A stretch of DNA of 63,595 bases, counting the filler, from Collodictyon triciliatum (taxonomy: Eukaryota): the NCBI GenBank assembly GCA_043381765.1. It is 6 parts of 6 records of this genome, joined end to end, with 100 filler letters (N's around TTAATTAATTAA, not from the genome) between each part and the next. Parts side by side here need not be neighbours in the genome. Positions count along the whole stretch, not along the records: positions 1 to 17,562 come from JBHJMP010001447.1; positions 17,663 to 35,090 come from JBHJMP010001448.1; 4 more parts are not named here. The stretch is one strand, 5' to 3'. The first letter of the stretch is position 1; every line of letters begins with the position of its first letter. Made by a program: the position numbers and the translations under genes. The notes beneath the pieces are model-generated. The model made no database searches. It had not been told where the DNA came from and was given only the letters and a program-made list of their open reading frames with translations. Positions 13,201 through 26,015 of the stretch are shown in pieces.

Positions 13201-16030
13201 TATTTGTACAAACTGTGGAGCTATCTCGGGAATCTGTCTCGGAACAACACCAGTGACAGCCTTTTTCATAGCAGCAATGTGTGACGGTCCAGTACCGCAG
13301 CACCCTCCGATTATGTTGATAAGTCCGGACTCAGCGAACTCTTTGATGATGTCCGCCATGTCTTCGGGTGTCTCATCATAGCCACCGAGAGCATTGGGAA
13401 GACCAGCGTTTGGATAGCACAGAACAAAGGTGGGTGCTAGCTTGGAGAGAGCAGCGATAAAAGGGCGCATGTCGGAAGCACCGAGAGCGCAGTTCAGACC
13501 GATGCTAGGGTGTATATTTTGGTTCTGAGTCAGACGGATACCAAATTGGAGGTCATTGCATCGATAAAATAAAATGGAAGGTATATCCAGATAATGTTTC
13601 GAGAGGACACGTGAGAATAAAATAATCATGAAATCTTGGTCTTACGCCAAACTCTCGATGTATAAAAAAAAAAAAGGAATATTTTTGGTGTGGTAGAAGG
13701 AGGAATGAAAATTTAACATCACGCTATGTCATGTTTTTTACACAATTAAAAATAGAAGAATGTGAAGACAAACGCAAAAGGCTTTGAATGCCGCACACTA
13801 ATCCAAAAGGCTTCCGTTGTTTGTCCAGATAGGGTTCTTCCACTCTTGTCAACAATTGTTCCAGAAATCTGTTATATGGTTATCATATAGACTGATAAGA
13901 ATATGTTTATCATGAATCGACTCGAAAAGCAATAGGAAGGTGTTAACATAAGTCAAAATTTGGCAGCTTAGTTTGTGGTGTACCATGATTGGAACGTCTC
14001 TGTATTGGGGATACTTCTCCATGTAAAGATCAATGGCAAAGAGTGCAGCCTAATGTTGAATGCACAATAAATGCGAAGACATACATTGGGTTTAATCACG
14101 CAATTGTTATTTTTAGATATCTAAAAATAACGCGGTAGAATGAAAGTTTCGATATAATGATTGGGATGTAGCAACTCAAAAATGTAGATTTGCATATTAT
14201 CGGAGTCCCATTTTCTTTTTAGTAGGGAATAGGAGAAGATAATTAGATTATAAAAATTAGAATAGACCGACCAAATATGTGTGTTTGAATCTTGTTGTCT
14301 CCCTCTCAAACACAAGTCTTAAAAAAAAAAACTACACCCATATCCAGATTTCGTACCTTAGAATTGGCCGTATCAAAAATGGTCTCAACAAGGAGGATGT
14401 CGATGCCACCCGCAATCAGACCATCGACCTGCTCGTAGTATGCCTCGACCAACTCATCGAAGGCTAAGGATCGAATTGTGGACCATCAGGGAATTAGAAA
14501 ATTATAATGCATCGATGCTTAGTTATAATCCGGTTTTTCCATGAGTAAAGATGTATCTCGAATGCCATGTTTCAGCAATAAGCTCACTAATGTTGCGAAG
14601 AGCAGGATTTTCGACCGACGGAGATATGCTGAGAGTGCGATTGGTTGGACCGACAGCGCCTGCCACAAAGCGCGGTCTATCGGGCGTGCGTAGAGTCATT
14701 TCTCGACATGCAAGGGACGCGATTTCGGCAGCTCGTTTGTTGATGAGGAAGGTCTGTTGTATTCATATGTATCCGTTTAAATTGAATGAGTGAAGAAGCA
14801 TAAAACTGCCCCAATGAAAAAGCACTACTCTAGGGATAGAAGAGTGCATGAATAATGTTAAGGTGTCTTTTGGGCTGGATGGAGGGGAAGTTATAATGCG
14901 GTATCGTTTCTTTGGGCTCATCAAGTATATAACTTCTAGAATGAATGTACCTGTTCTTGCATTTGGTAATCAGCCTGGGAAATACGTGTTCCATTAAAAG
15001 TGTTTGTCTCAACCATGTCAGAGCCAGCCTCCAGGTAGTTCTGTGTAGTTGAGACGTGTGAATTAAAGAGTCGTGTTCAAAAAATCGACATATCTGAACT
15101 TTTTGTGAAGGTATTTTTTTCCCTTTTGTGTAGGTATTTTAAAATTATAATGAGACGAGATAAGGAGTTTCTGGCTGTGTCTAATTGGCTGATTGTGACA
15201 TTCAAATATATATCAAATATTGGTATGATGGAGTCATGAAGGGGCTTGTTTTTGTTTGTTTTTGTTTGTTTTTGTTTGTTTTTGTTTATTTTTGTTTATT
15301 TTTGTTTATTTTTGTTTATTTTTGTTTATTTTTGTTTGTTTTTGTTTGTTTTTGTTTGTTTTTGTTTGTTTTTGTTTGTTTTTGTTTGTTTTTGTTTGTT
15401 TTTGTTTGTTTTTGTTTATTTTTAGCTTTTTAAACATCCCAATGTTTACGACAATAGAGTGAATCAAGGGGCATATGCATACCAGGTGAATGCGTTGGAT
15501 TACGTCAGGCTTTGTGATACAAAGAAGATCGTTGTTTCCCTTGAGGTCGTGAGGATGGTTTGCGAAGACCTCTCCTATGTTGTTTCCATTGAAAGTAACT
15601 ATACGTTCTCACATTGAAGGTTTCTATATTACTTTTATTTTTCTTCCTTTTCCTTTTCTTTTTTTTTTTTCCTCCCTCCTTGGATGTTTACATATCGTTC
15701 TTTCATCGTCACAACGCGAAGAGAAGGTCAGACCATTTCACAAGAAAATGAGAAATACCGCGATAGTCAGCTTCAGTTAACTTGAAGCTCTGGATCTGTG
15801 TTCCCATCCCACCGTCCAAGAACAAGATCTCGTTCTGCAGTTTCTGAGTAAAGTAGGCACGCACCTCTACACAGACAATTATTCAAGGTCAAGAAGGTTC
15901 CTTTTTTTTCTAGTTTTTTTTGGCACAGTTGCATAGAGAACAAGGGCAAGAACCAGGGATTAAACAACAAGGGATGCATACCAGCTGGCGTCATGCGTTT
16001 GTAATCAGTCTGTCCGACTCCAGAGTCCAT
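7283..16030 (-). CDS. MTR: Cobalamin-dependent methionine synthase (MetH/MTR), complete, 32 exons
   Basis: Spliced end to end with GT-AG introns: [29 protein letters not shown] (Hcy/Zn domain), [11 protein letters not shown] (pterin domain), [15 protein letters not shown] (B12-binding DxHxxG), GIRPAPGYP and [10 protein letters not shown] (reactivation domain), ending WLGSILSYN*. Confidence 0.98.
15245..15422. repeat. (TTTG/TTTTTG)n microsatellite in an MTR intron
   Basis: Seen directly. Confidence 0.9.
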
Positions 16031-16113
16031 AGCTAGAAGCCTTGTAAGTCAGAGTTGTGAGAATCTTCTATGTACGTGTTGAAAGACATTCAGTATACCA
16101 CACATACATACGC

Positions 16114-17101
16114 TCATAAGAAGTCCAAACAGGGTAACAAAGCAACGTCTGCTGCGTATTGTACCCCTTCCAAGCTGAAACCAAACAAAAAAAAAACCAC
16201 CCAGCAGAGAGAGGCTATTGAAAATATAGAAAAGAAAAAAGGAAAGAAAAAGAAAGGTTAAAGGAAGCATGAATACAATAATAATAGAAAAAAATGAGAG
16301 AATTAAGAGAAGGCAGTGATATCTCCGATATATCAAATCTCTTGTGGAATCAGGTTATACGGAGCGCCCGAACAACCGACGCCGGCATTGCGAAACTGTT
16401 GGACGGACGATGCGTCTCTGTTTCTGACTGCGCCCACACACGATGTTGCGTTAAAGATATGCGAGTATATGTATTACCCGAGGAATGTGTATTTCGAGGA
16501 AGGACAGCACAAAGCATTTAGTTTCCATCATATTCCACATGTGAGTAATTTCATTGAATGTAACTTTCCTAATATTCGCTGGGGACAATTCCATTCTGTA
16601 CTGATTCCAGTTATTAGGGATATAGTCTGCACAGTGACATTATTCATGGATATGACCTTGTCAAGTGATGACTTAACCTGTGGCTCGCCTATCTTCTGTG
16701 GCAAGTATGTCCTGAACGAGAGAAGTGGGTCTGATATCATTGTGGGAGACCCAGCGCTCCCGTCTTAACCTTCAAAAGGCAATATATATTAATGTATAAT
16801 AATTTATATCAAATCAGTATATTTGAAAGGCTGTGTCCATCAATTATGAGATTAGATATAAAATACAATAAATTCCAGATTTGAAAGAAATGTGGTCTCT
16901 TCTTTTTCTCTTCCAGTTATGTGTGTCGCCACAGCGATTAATCTGCTGCACAACCAGACAAGTCGCAGTTGCGCAGCTGCTTCGCTGGGAGGAGGCCGGT
17001 GAGTTGGTAAACCGAACTGGCGGAGATATTCCCACTTCGTGAGAGGGAAACCGCAGACAATGACCCAAGGAGAAGACAGGAATACCGCGGAGAATTCATC
17101 C
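16114..17101 (-). other. Possible spliced upstream unit (small gene or MTR 5' leader exons with uORF)
   Basis: GC-richer blocks bounded by minus-strand splice signals (about 16769-16680, 16430-16361, 16174-16114) join in phase as ..LRRERWVSHND..VRNRDASS..LEGVQYAADVALLPCLDFL*; no recognisable homology. Confidence 0.3.
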
Positions 17102-17436
17102 TAACAGAGCACAAAGGCAAAGCGTCTCATCGCCTGATAAATTCGTGTGCCAATCCCTTCATGGTTATCGGACCCCGCCTTTGTTACTGCCTCTCATATT
17201 CTTAGTATAATCGAAATAGTGGCGTCTCCTTTTCTCAGCATAAACGTGGTTTTATTGTCGCTGTATACCAATACGAAGAACTATAAAACCCAAAAAAACC
17301 ACCCAAAAAACCCCCAAAAAACCCCCCCAAAAAAACCCCCCAAAAAACCCCCCAAAAAACCCCCCAAAAAACCCCCAAAAAACCATTTTAACCTAAGTAT
17401 AATTTTCATTAGTTTCCTTTATTTCGTCTCTTTCAG

Positions 17437-17562
17437 ACAAAAACAAACAAACAAACAAACAAGCAAACAAAACAAACAAACAAACAAACAAACAAACAAA
17501 CAAACAAACAAACAAACAAACAAACAAACAAACAAACAAACAAACAAACAAACAAACAAACA
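17437..17562. repeat. (CAAA)n microsatellite at block end
   Basis: Seen directly. Confidence 0.9.
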
Positions 17563-17662
17563 NNNNNNNNNNNNNNNNNNNNNNNNNNNNNNNNNNNNNN
17601 NNNNNNTTAATTAATTAANNNNNNNNNNNNNNNNNNNNNNNNNNNNNNNNNNNNNNNNNNNN
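17563..17662. other. Artificial assembly spacer (N44-TTAATTAATTAA-N44)
   Basis: Identical 100-bp structure five times; the 12-mer places stops in all six frames. Confidence 0.95.
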
Positions 17663-17664
17663 AA

Positions 17665-17795
17665 AATGGAAATGAAAATGAAAATGAAAATGAAAATGAA
17701 AATGAAAATGAAAATGAAAATGAAAATGAAAATGAAAATGAAAATGAAAATGAAAATGAAAATGAAAATGAAAATGAAAATGAAAATGAAAATGG
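17665..17795. repeat. (AAATGA)n microsatellite
   Basis: Seen directly. Confidence 0.9.
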
Positions 17796-18269
17796 AAGTG
17801 GGAGTCCAGTCCGTCGAAATGATGGGGAAAAGAACGATTTAAAATGAGGTCTAATACCCTTTCATCTTATTTGTTTGTGGAATATATAATTATCTTGTCA
17901 TCATGCCACTATGTGATTTTTACAATGCCTTCATTTGTGTAATTTTTCATCATAATATATAATGTAACACAATTGTATGTAAGTCAGCAGCTTTCTTTCA
18001 CCGATTTTTAAGAATCCTTTCCTCATGAAGAAAATACAGAAATAGCTCTGCTCTTTGATGCCATACATTTCGATTCCGTACAAATATGATGGAATCCTTT
18101 CCATTTTTACAAAAGAATCCAAGGTAATATCAATCTCAAATTCGGAGATCAGAAATATCCTATTTAGATTCATACGAGCCAAAGTTTTTGTCCGGTTCAC
18201 AGAACATCCGGCTGGCTTTTCACGAAAAATACAAAGACTTTATGAAGTCCTCGGCTATGTGCAAACAAA

Positions 18270-18445
18270 ACCACAATAAACCACAATAAACCACAATAAA
18301 CCACAATAAACCACAATAAACCACAATAAACCACAATAAACCACAATAAAAAGACAATAAAAAGACAATAAAAAGACAATAAAAAACCACAATTAAAATA
18401 CAATAAAAACAAAATAAAACCACAATAAAAACACAATAAAAAGAC
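18270..18445. repeat. (ACCACAATAA)n 10-bp minisatellite with degenerate variants
   Basis: Seen directly. Confidence 0.9.
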
Positions 18446-18879
18446 AAATAAGTCGAATCAAAAGTATTAGTGAAAAATCATACTGCATTCATAGCGAATA
18501 AAAAAAAATGCAGAAAATCATCAAAATGGGATGAATTGTGTCTCTATATGTGCGGCTCAATCATAATTGTAGTTTTTAATGTATTATTGCAATTTACTCG
18601 GCTCACCTTGTCACCTCCACGTTCTTCACTAAGACACGATGAGAAAAGAGATATGTGGAAAGAAGCCGAGAGAGTGATATTCAACATCACCTTTTATCTC
18701 TCATGAAATCAAAAGACCCAGACTACAGGCCAAACCGCAGGATGCCATTCCTGATTGCAGAGTGCTTCTCTGCCACCCGGCCACCAAGTAGCATCCATGC
18801 AAACGATGGCTAGAGAATAAAGCCAACATCCCTATCATCCGGCGCAAATAATAAGAAAGAATAAATTATTAAACCTGCT

Positions 18880-19860
18880 GTTTGGGGCGACATGTATGTT
18901 GTCATTAACGAGTGTCAGCTCCATCGATTTGGATATCGAGACTTATGCAGCGGCCTGTAATAATCTCTCTGAAGCGAGGATTGAGTTTGGCTATCCATTT
19001 CTTGCATAAAAACGCTACACCTACATGTCTCTGTTGATTATCGTCACAGGACAACATTCGTGGACCTTTCCTTATTTCATTGTTGGTTGGATTGCCAGGG
19101 CTGAGCCATGTTTCTTGGAGGCAGATGATATCTGCATGAGAGAAAAGAGCAGTGTTTATGGACTCTTTTCTTTTTTGGAGGGGGTCGTTAATCTCCTGAC
19201 GTTCCACGGCAGAACGTTAAAACGCATGGATAGTCTATTAACTTTTGGAGGCCGTAGCCTCCGGTGATTAGCCCTCTCCGCTGGAGCTGGGTTGCTCAGA
19301 GTGGGGCAGTTTACTCGAGTTATTCTTCATTTGGCCGGTGTTATGATTGCTCGCGGCTCGACCAGGATTTGTCGGATGGTCTTAGACTTTGGGCTGCAAC
19401 CCCTCTGTAACTGTCGTGATAGGGGATGTACTCTGTTGGTCATCAGCAACCCTCGGTTCCAATTTTTCTCCCCTCATCCACGCGGTAGGCAGGGCCATCC
19501 ATGTTTCTACTCTCATTCTGATTTGCTTTCTGGCTCGCTATATTCGGTGTTGTGCTTGGATGATTCACTCTCTTTTCATCGATATCAGCAGAACCTCTAT
19601 GAGTACGACAGGTTGGATGGACTGTTCTTCTTGCAATTCAGTCTCTGGGATGTCGTTTGTTATAGATTGCACAGTATTTTCTGAAGGAGTCTCTTGGGTG
19701 GTTCCAGGAGCCATGCCATCTAAGGTGGCTGGTGGGTGTGGTTTGGTGGGTGACGTTATGCTGTTTCCTGATTTTGTTGCCGATTTTCAGTGGGTTTTCC
19801 TTTTCTCAGCATCCCCCTCATAATCCAGAGTGAAATTTGATGGGTCATCACAGCTTGGGG
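18880..19860 (-). mobile_element. Decayed non-LTR (LINE, L1/Tx1-like) fragment: ORF1-like tail plus start of the ORF2 APE endonuclease
   Basis: ATG at 19227, MRFNVLPWNVR, then a frameshift into INDP..ADIICLQET..GVAFL..GRCISLDI and a stop; upstream P/T/S/E-rich stop-interrupted region. Confidence 0.8.
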
Positions 19861-21799
19861 TTTGGTAATCCTAGGAGACTAGCAATCCTTCTCCACATGT
19901 TCGAAATAGTGATTCTGCTAGTGATGTCATATCATCCGTGTCTATTGGAGAGATTGGAGTAACATGTCCGAACAAATTGAGGAGTACTTTGTCCTTTTTT
20001 GATATCCACATCTTGATTTTAAGATGATTTATTACCTACTGTCTTGATTGAGACCTCATACATTTATTTCAAAAGTTATCTTCCATCATTTATTTATAAC
20101 AGATTTAGAAGAATTACATTTATTCACGTTGTTGGGTTCAAGGTAGGTTTTGCGCATGCGATTCAAGGATGCTGACCAAGCCGCAGCAATGTAATTGGCT
20201 ACTGTTGCTTTGGAGCCCAAGGTGCGTGCGCTAGCATTTTTGGCTTTTTTTAACTATTATAAAAAGGCGGCCACTTCTAGGCTTCCTCGCTTATTGGAAT
20301 TAGGTGATGGTATTTCCGTCTATTTTTTGAATATATGTACCTTTTCAATGTGGTCCATCATTAATCACAGCATGGAAAAGTACTTTTGACATGCATATAA
20401 TTTCTAATCATGAGCGATAGTAAGTCTTTCATGTACGCCTCTGCAGGGATGTTTTAGTTGAGATAAAATAACACTGAACATTAAATTAGTCGCTCTGGTC
20501 GGTATTCGCCACGACATTAGGCAAGCGTGCGGCGTTGAGATAGCTTTTGTTGTTATGAGAACATATTGGTGATAATATATAGATGTAAACGCCCGCGCTA
20601 ATTGAGAGCAATCGTGATTTTGTTCCTTGAAAATGTACATCTTGGTTGGTGATTGAATGATGGTGCAAGGTTGATGCCGACCGGTAAGTGGTTCCATTTG
20701 AAAATCGCCTCAATTTTTACATGGACTGCTTTTTTTTCTTTTTTACATCCTGGCGACGTTCTATCAATCATTGCATCCAGAAAATAGACGAAACAATGAG
20801 GCTGGGATGAGGGATGTGATATGAGGATTTTACCATTGCGAGTTGCTTCGTTGTAATAATCCTAAAAGGTGTCTATATGCGGAAAATACATGGAATCAGT
20901 TGCTTGAACAGTAATTATATTAGTAATGAGGATAATCATGATAAAAATTAGCAACCAGTTGTAGCTTACTAATTATAAGTTCTCATATAGATTCTCTTGA
21001 ATCTATGCAACATCCCAGAAGTTGATTGACTTTATTTTCTATTGGGTTACTTGACATCACTTTGAACCGTCATCTGCCACAATTACTTTACAACTTCAGC
21101 CTAAAAGTGTTGGAGATTTGTATATCGTTTGACATGTACGCGCACAGAAATGAGCGTCTCGAGGGTCTTTCAATACAGGAAGAAAAAAATTACAAAGGAC
21201 AAAGTGTCACTTTTTTAAATCAATATTCGTAATTACATGGTATTTTCCAAGAATTCATGAATTTTTCAAAGAAAAAAAGAAAAGATTTTCATTGAAGACC
21301 TATTATTGCTTTGTTTTTTGGTCAAAATATTTTTTTCTTTCATACATATTGAGAAAATTAATTTCCCTTCATTTCTTGGAGAAAATAATCACATCTTTTC
21401 ATTCGAAATTGTAGAGCTTTGGGGAAGAACAACTATATAAATACCCTCCATTCATTTTTCGTCAAGAGATAACAGAGGATGAAAAAATGAAATAATTTCT
21501 TGACCCTCAGAAACCCACATGTCTGAGCATATATTTTAATAAGCTTGGAGGATGTGAATTCAACTTCGCAATTAACATCGTGGCAGACAAGTTTAATTTT
21601 TTTTATTGGGGACCAATGCATATTTTTCAGTTGTTTTAAAAGAATCGCGCGCCTGCAAAAATATTCTCGACCACTATTTGATTAACTATTGAAGCAGAGG
21701 TTTTTTTTATCAACGCTAAGCTGAAATTATGGGCTGGATGAATGAAACGTAATGTAATCAACAATGCAACCAGTGAAAGGGAAAACCAAACAAGCGCAT

Positions 21800-22750
21800 A
21801 AAACATAAAAAAACATAAAAAAAACATAANNNNNNNNNNNNNNNNNNNNNNNNNNNNNNNNNNNNNNNNNNNNNNNNNNNNNNNNNNNNNNNNNNNNNNN
21901 NNNNNNNNNNNNNNNNNNNNNNNNNNNNNNNNNNNNNNNNNNNNNNNNNNNNNNNNNNNNNNNNNNNNNNNNNNNNNNNNNNNNNNNNNNNNNNNNNNNN
22001 NNNNNNNNNNNNNNNNNNNNNNNNNNNNNNNNNNNNNNNNNNNNNNNNNNNNNNNNNNNNNNNNNNNNNNNNNNNNNNNNNNNNNNNNNNNNNNNNNNNN
22101 NNNNNNNNNNNNNNNNNNNNNNNNNNNNNNNNNNNNNNNNNNNNNNNNNNNNNNNNNNNNNNNNNNNNNNNNNNNNNNNNNNNNNNNNNNNNNNNNNNNN
22201 NNNNNNNNNNNNNNNNNNNNNNNNNNNNNNNNNNNNNNNNNNNNNNNNNNNNNNNNNNNNNNNNNNNNNNNNNNNNNNNNNNNNNNNNNNNNNNNNNNNN
22301 NNNNNNNNNNNNNNNNNNNNNNNNNNNNNNNNNNNNNNNNNNNNNNNNNNNNNNNNNNNNNNNNNNNNNNNNNNNNNNNNNNNNNNNNNNNNNNNNNNNN
22401 NNNNNNNNNNNNNNNNNNNNNNNNNNNNNNNNNNNNNNNNNNNNNNNNNNNNNNNNNNNNNNNNNNNNNNNNNNNNNNNNNNNNNNNNNNNNNNNNNNNN
22501 NNNNNNNNNNNNNNNNNNNNNNNNNNNAAACATAAAAAAACATAAAAAAACATAAAAAAACATAAAAAAACATAAAAAAACATAAAAAACATAAAAAAAC
22601 ATAAAAAACATAAAAAACATAAAAAACATAAAAAACATAAAAAAACATAAAAGAAACATAAAAAACATAAAAAACATAAAAGAAACATAAAAAACATAAA
22701 AAACATAAAAAAAACATAAAGAAACATAAAAAGCGTTGAAAACATAAAAA
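21800..22750. repeat. (A5-7CAT)n simple repeat spanning a gap
   Basis: Same unit on both sides of the N run. Confidence 0.85.
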
Positions 22751-22816
22751 ATAGAAAACAAAAATTTAATCAATTAAAATTTTGCTATATTTACATAAAA
22801 TGAAAAAAGTAAAAAG

Positions 22817-23365
22817 ATGGACAAAGCAATCTGTCCTTACTGCACTAAGAGGCTATCTTCATCACGAAATCGCCGATTGCATCTAAATATTTGCAAACTC
22901 AACCCGGAGCGTCATCAAATTGTATTTCTATGTGCTGATTGTCCAACATGGAAAGGCTTCTCGGATCAAGCTCGCACAGAGCACGTTAAATCCAAAAACC
23001 ATCATAAGAATGTTAACTCCTGTTCGAAATCTGCCACAAATATCCCAGTTCATGCAAATGCATCCGAGATTACCCATGAAGACGTACAGAAACCCATTTT
23101 TGTGAAACCTTCAAGCCTTTCTAGTTTCCATGACATTGTCTTCACTCCTAAGCTTAATATTGATTATGACAGTGCTGAAGATGCCTCGACTTTGACAGAA
23201 ATTACTTCATTCATGTACACTAATGAATGGGAAAATGAGACAATACACGAAGATATAATTGCCAATCGAGTATTCAGACCAGAAAACAACACATCCAACG
23301 AAGAACTCACCCAAAACCCCAATCCTCCAGAAGATTCCTGTTGGAATACTTTTGAGAATCAATAA
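22817..23365 (+). CDS. Intronless zinc-finger ORF (C2HC plus C2H2-like); possibly the 5' part of a decayed mobile element
   Basis: CPYC-x12-HLNIC and CADC..HVKSKNH followed by an acidic region; downstream sequence is stop-ridden and includes a repeat-family copy. Confidence 0.5.
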   Translation: MDKAICPYCTKRLSSSRNRRLHLNICKLNPERHQIVFLCADCPTWKGFSDQARTEHVKSKNHHKNVNSCSKSATNIPVHANASEITHEDVQKPIFVKPSSLSSFHDIVFTPKLNIDYDSAEDASTLTEITSFMYTNEWENETIHEDIIANRVFRPENNTSNEELTQNPNPPEDSCWNTFENQ

Positions 23366-24194
23366 GATTTAAATAAAAACAATACAATTGAATAAAAGGA
23401 AAAAATTCTATCACATTTACTGAAAGTCGACCTCTATGATTTACGTAGAAGAATGTCTTAAAAACTCCCTTTTTCGCTACTTGTTTCTCATAAAACAAAT
23501 CATGCTCTAAAAAAACCATAAGATAGTACAATCGACCAAAAAATGGGGATTTTTAATAGTAACCAGATAAGCTTCTATATGAACCTTAAAGACATCATTA
23601 ATGGCCATAAAGGGAGATTATTGAACAAAATCAATGGTTTTTAAAGAATATATTCAATCATCACGATTAATCTACACGAATAATGCCAGTCTCATACATT
23701 TGAGGAAATCAATATTTAATCAATTAATATTTTTTGTTTATTAGCCCAAGTCATCACAATTTCCTTGGTTGAATAAAAACAGGTTGTCTGTCACATGACC
23801 CAGCAAATCTCATTAAATATGAATGGTTTCAAGTTTTTGATATAAAATAAAGAATATGATACTTTACGAGCCCTGAAAATGAGAATATAGGCAGAAAACA
23901 TAGGTATGATAGACTCATTAAACATTTTTTTATTGATATTCCCTTCAAATATATGAAATACAAGGGATTTTGGTGGACTCTTCGGTATGTAAAAGCTGAA
24001 AACTAAAGTTCCACGATTCTAGAATAATGTTAACAGGCATATGGGCTACATGGGCTATACTTTTTCAAGTAATTACATCGTGTAGATGCTAATCATCCTC
24101 CAATGGCTTGATTGAACGAGAAGCAATGAACCAGACTACAAAGCTTTTATCTTTATGTTTTCTTAAATTTTTCTGTAGCGTACATACATTCCTT

Positions 24195-24330
24195 GCTACT
24201 CTGACCGAAAGTGAAGAAATATGGGAGATGTTGTGAGATATTTTCCCCTCAAATTCTGCCTCTATCACACACAAACAATTTACTATTAAGGTCCACTATT
24301 TGACTGGGTCATAGTCATTGAAATCTTAAA
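24195..24330 (+). repeat. Highly decayed copy of the dispersed repeat seen at 1-200
   Basis: gctactctgaccgaaagtgaagaaatatgggagatgttgtgagatatt matches the window start; peptide CYSDRK*R..VVRYFP..TQ. Confidence 0.6.
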
Positions 24331-25909
24331 AGTTAAATATCATGAGACGCTGAACATATTAGTCTCGCATTTTTTGTTAATGTGAGCGCATTTCATTCCT
24401 ACTGTTGACCAAGCACCTCTAAAATGATTAATAATAGGAAAGTAGAATAATATAAAGAATAAATTCGGATTTGCAATTGCCATCAATTTCTTCATTTTTT
24501 TCATCTATTGGTTTATTTTAAATGATAACATGAGCACGCATAAACTAAGTTCTTTCACATGATTGATTTGCATGCACTCTTCATATATACAAGCTATTCT
24601 AGTTTTCGAATCGAGATAATACAAAATCTGAAAGAAAATTGCCTCTCTGCAGCCAACCCCGGATTTTTCCTTTATTCAATTCAAGAGCACTCAATCCTAG
24701 GTATTGTGTGTGAACGAAGGCTAGAAACCAAGGGTAAAGCCTATCATCTTTGATTGCTTGAAATAAAAAAAACCTCGTCTGGTTTACAAAGTCACTAGTT
24801 TGTACCAGTTTTGCTCTTATAATTCTTAATGTATGTCTACTTCCCATAGAAATCTCCTTCATCAACGATGACTACCTTTTAGCATTTCAAAATTGAAATG
24901 AGGCCATTTGTATTGAATTTTCCTTGGAAAAAAACTTTTGATGAGATGAGACAATTTTCCTCGTAACCAAAAATTTTAGTTCTTTCAACCTTTTATTTCA
25001 ATAGTGTTTCATTTTGTTCCTGACATTATCATGTGCCAACGGTATAATCTAATCTTTGGAGAGATATTATCAATTCATAAATTAACGAAGTCAAGTTTTT
25101 TTTTCCTTTATTCGATCCGATGAATGAAGGAGGCAAGCTTGAAACACCGTTTTTTTGTTTTTGTTTTGTTTTTTAACTTAGAGACGATTTAAAAAAAAGT
25201 AAAACCATTGTGCAAAAAAATCTGCTCTATTCAACATATTGAATTTATATTTTTTTGAAATGACAGTTATTGCCGCGAGTTCCATTAAAATTCATGAATA
25301 TTGAACAAAATGGCCAAATATTGATGTAAATTTTGTCAGTAGGCGCCAAAATCTGGCAAGATTCTTTGCTCAAAGTAACGGTTTCTCCCTGGTGCTAAGG
25401 CTAAATCAGCTGTTAATAGCAGTTTATATCATGTATTATTTACTAAACTTGCTATTATCAAGAATGTATTGGCTCATATCATAGCCCAGCTAGCTTTCTT
25501 ATTATTCTATAGCCAAATGTCGAAGCTAAAGCTTTAATAATGAGTGTGCTCTATCGGTTTTAATTAAGACGGCAAACAATTCTTTACACTATTTTTTTTT
25601 TCCTTTATTCGATTCAAAGTGTTGCGAGGTTATGCAATTCTTTACACTATATATTAGGATTGTGTTGTTTCAATTTTTTCTAGACACATGAAATAATCAT
25701 CTAAATAAATTATGCTGGAGTCCACGACTCTGGGAATCGTCTCATTATCAATAGGGCGAATAATTGAACAATTAAAAAACCTCTGAAGGGATAAACAAAC
25801 CAATGCCACAGAAAATAATATGGCGAAATTGTTTAAAATAATGCAAGATACATATTGTATAACTAAGGAGTATATTGATATCCGGTCTAATATTTTTATC
25901 AAAACTAAA

Positions 25910-25933
25910 ATCAATCAAAATCAATCAATCAAC

Positions 25934-25988
<55 letters not shown>

Positions 25989-26015
25989 CCAATCAACCAA
26001 TCAATCAATCAATCA
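25910..26015. repeat. (TCAA)n microsatellite
   Basis: Seen directly. Confidence 0.9.

Noticed and set aside
16980-17095. Loose resemblance to cobalamin riboswitch motifs (ccggtg, ccac..gggaa, aagacaggaatacc) near MTR
   Set aside because: It is on the strand opposite to MTR, core spacing and the CCCGC-ACTGT element are missing, and I could not build the conserved stems; an Infernal search with the Rfam Cobalamin models would be needed
17607-17618. TTAATTAATTAA as a piggyBac TTAA target site or biological palindrome
   Set aside because: Always centred in 44+44 Ns, so it is an assembly spacer
21636-22773. Long ORF-track entries across N gaps and microsatellites (also 3853-4789, 6229-7264, 50346-51046)
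   Set aside because: Artefacts of Ns and simple repeats
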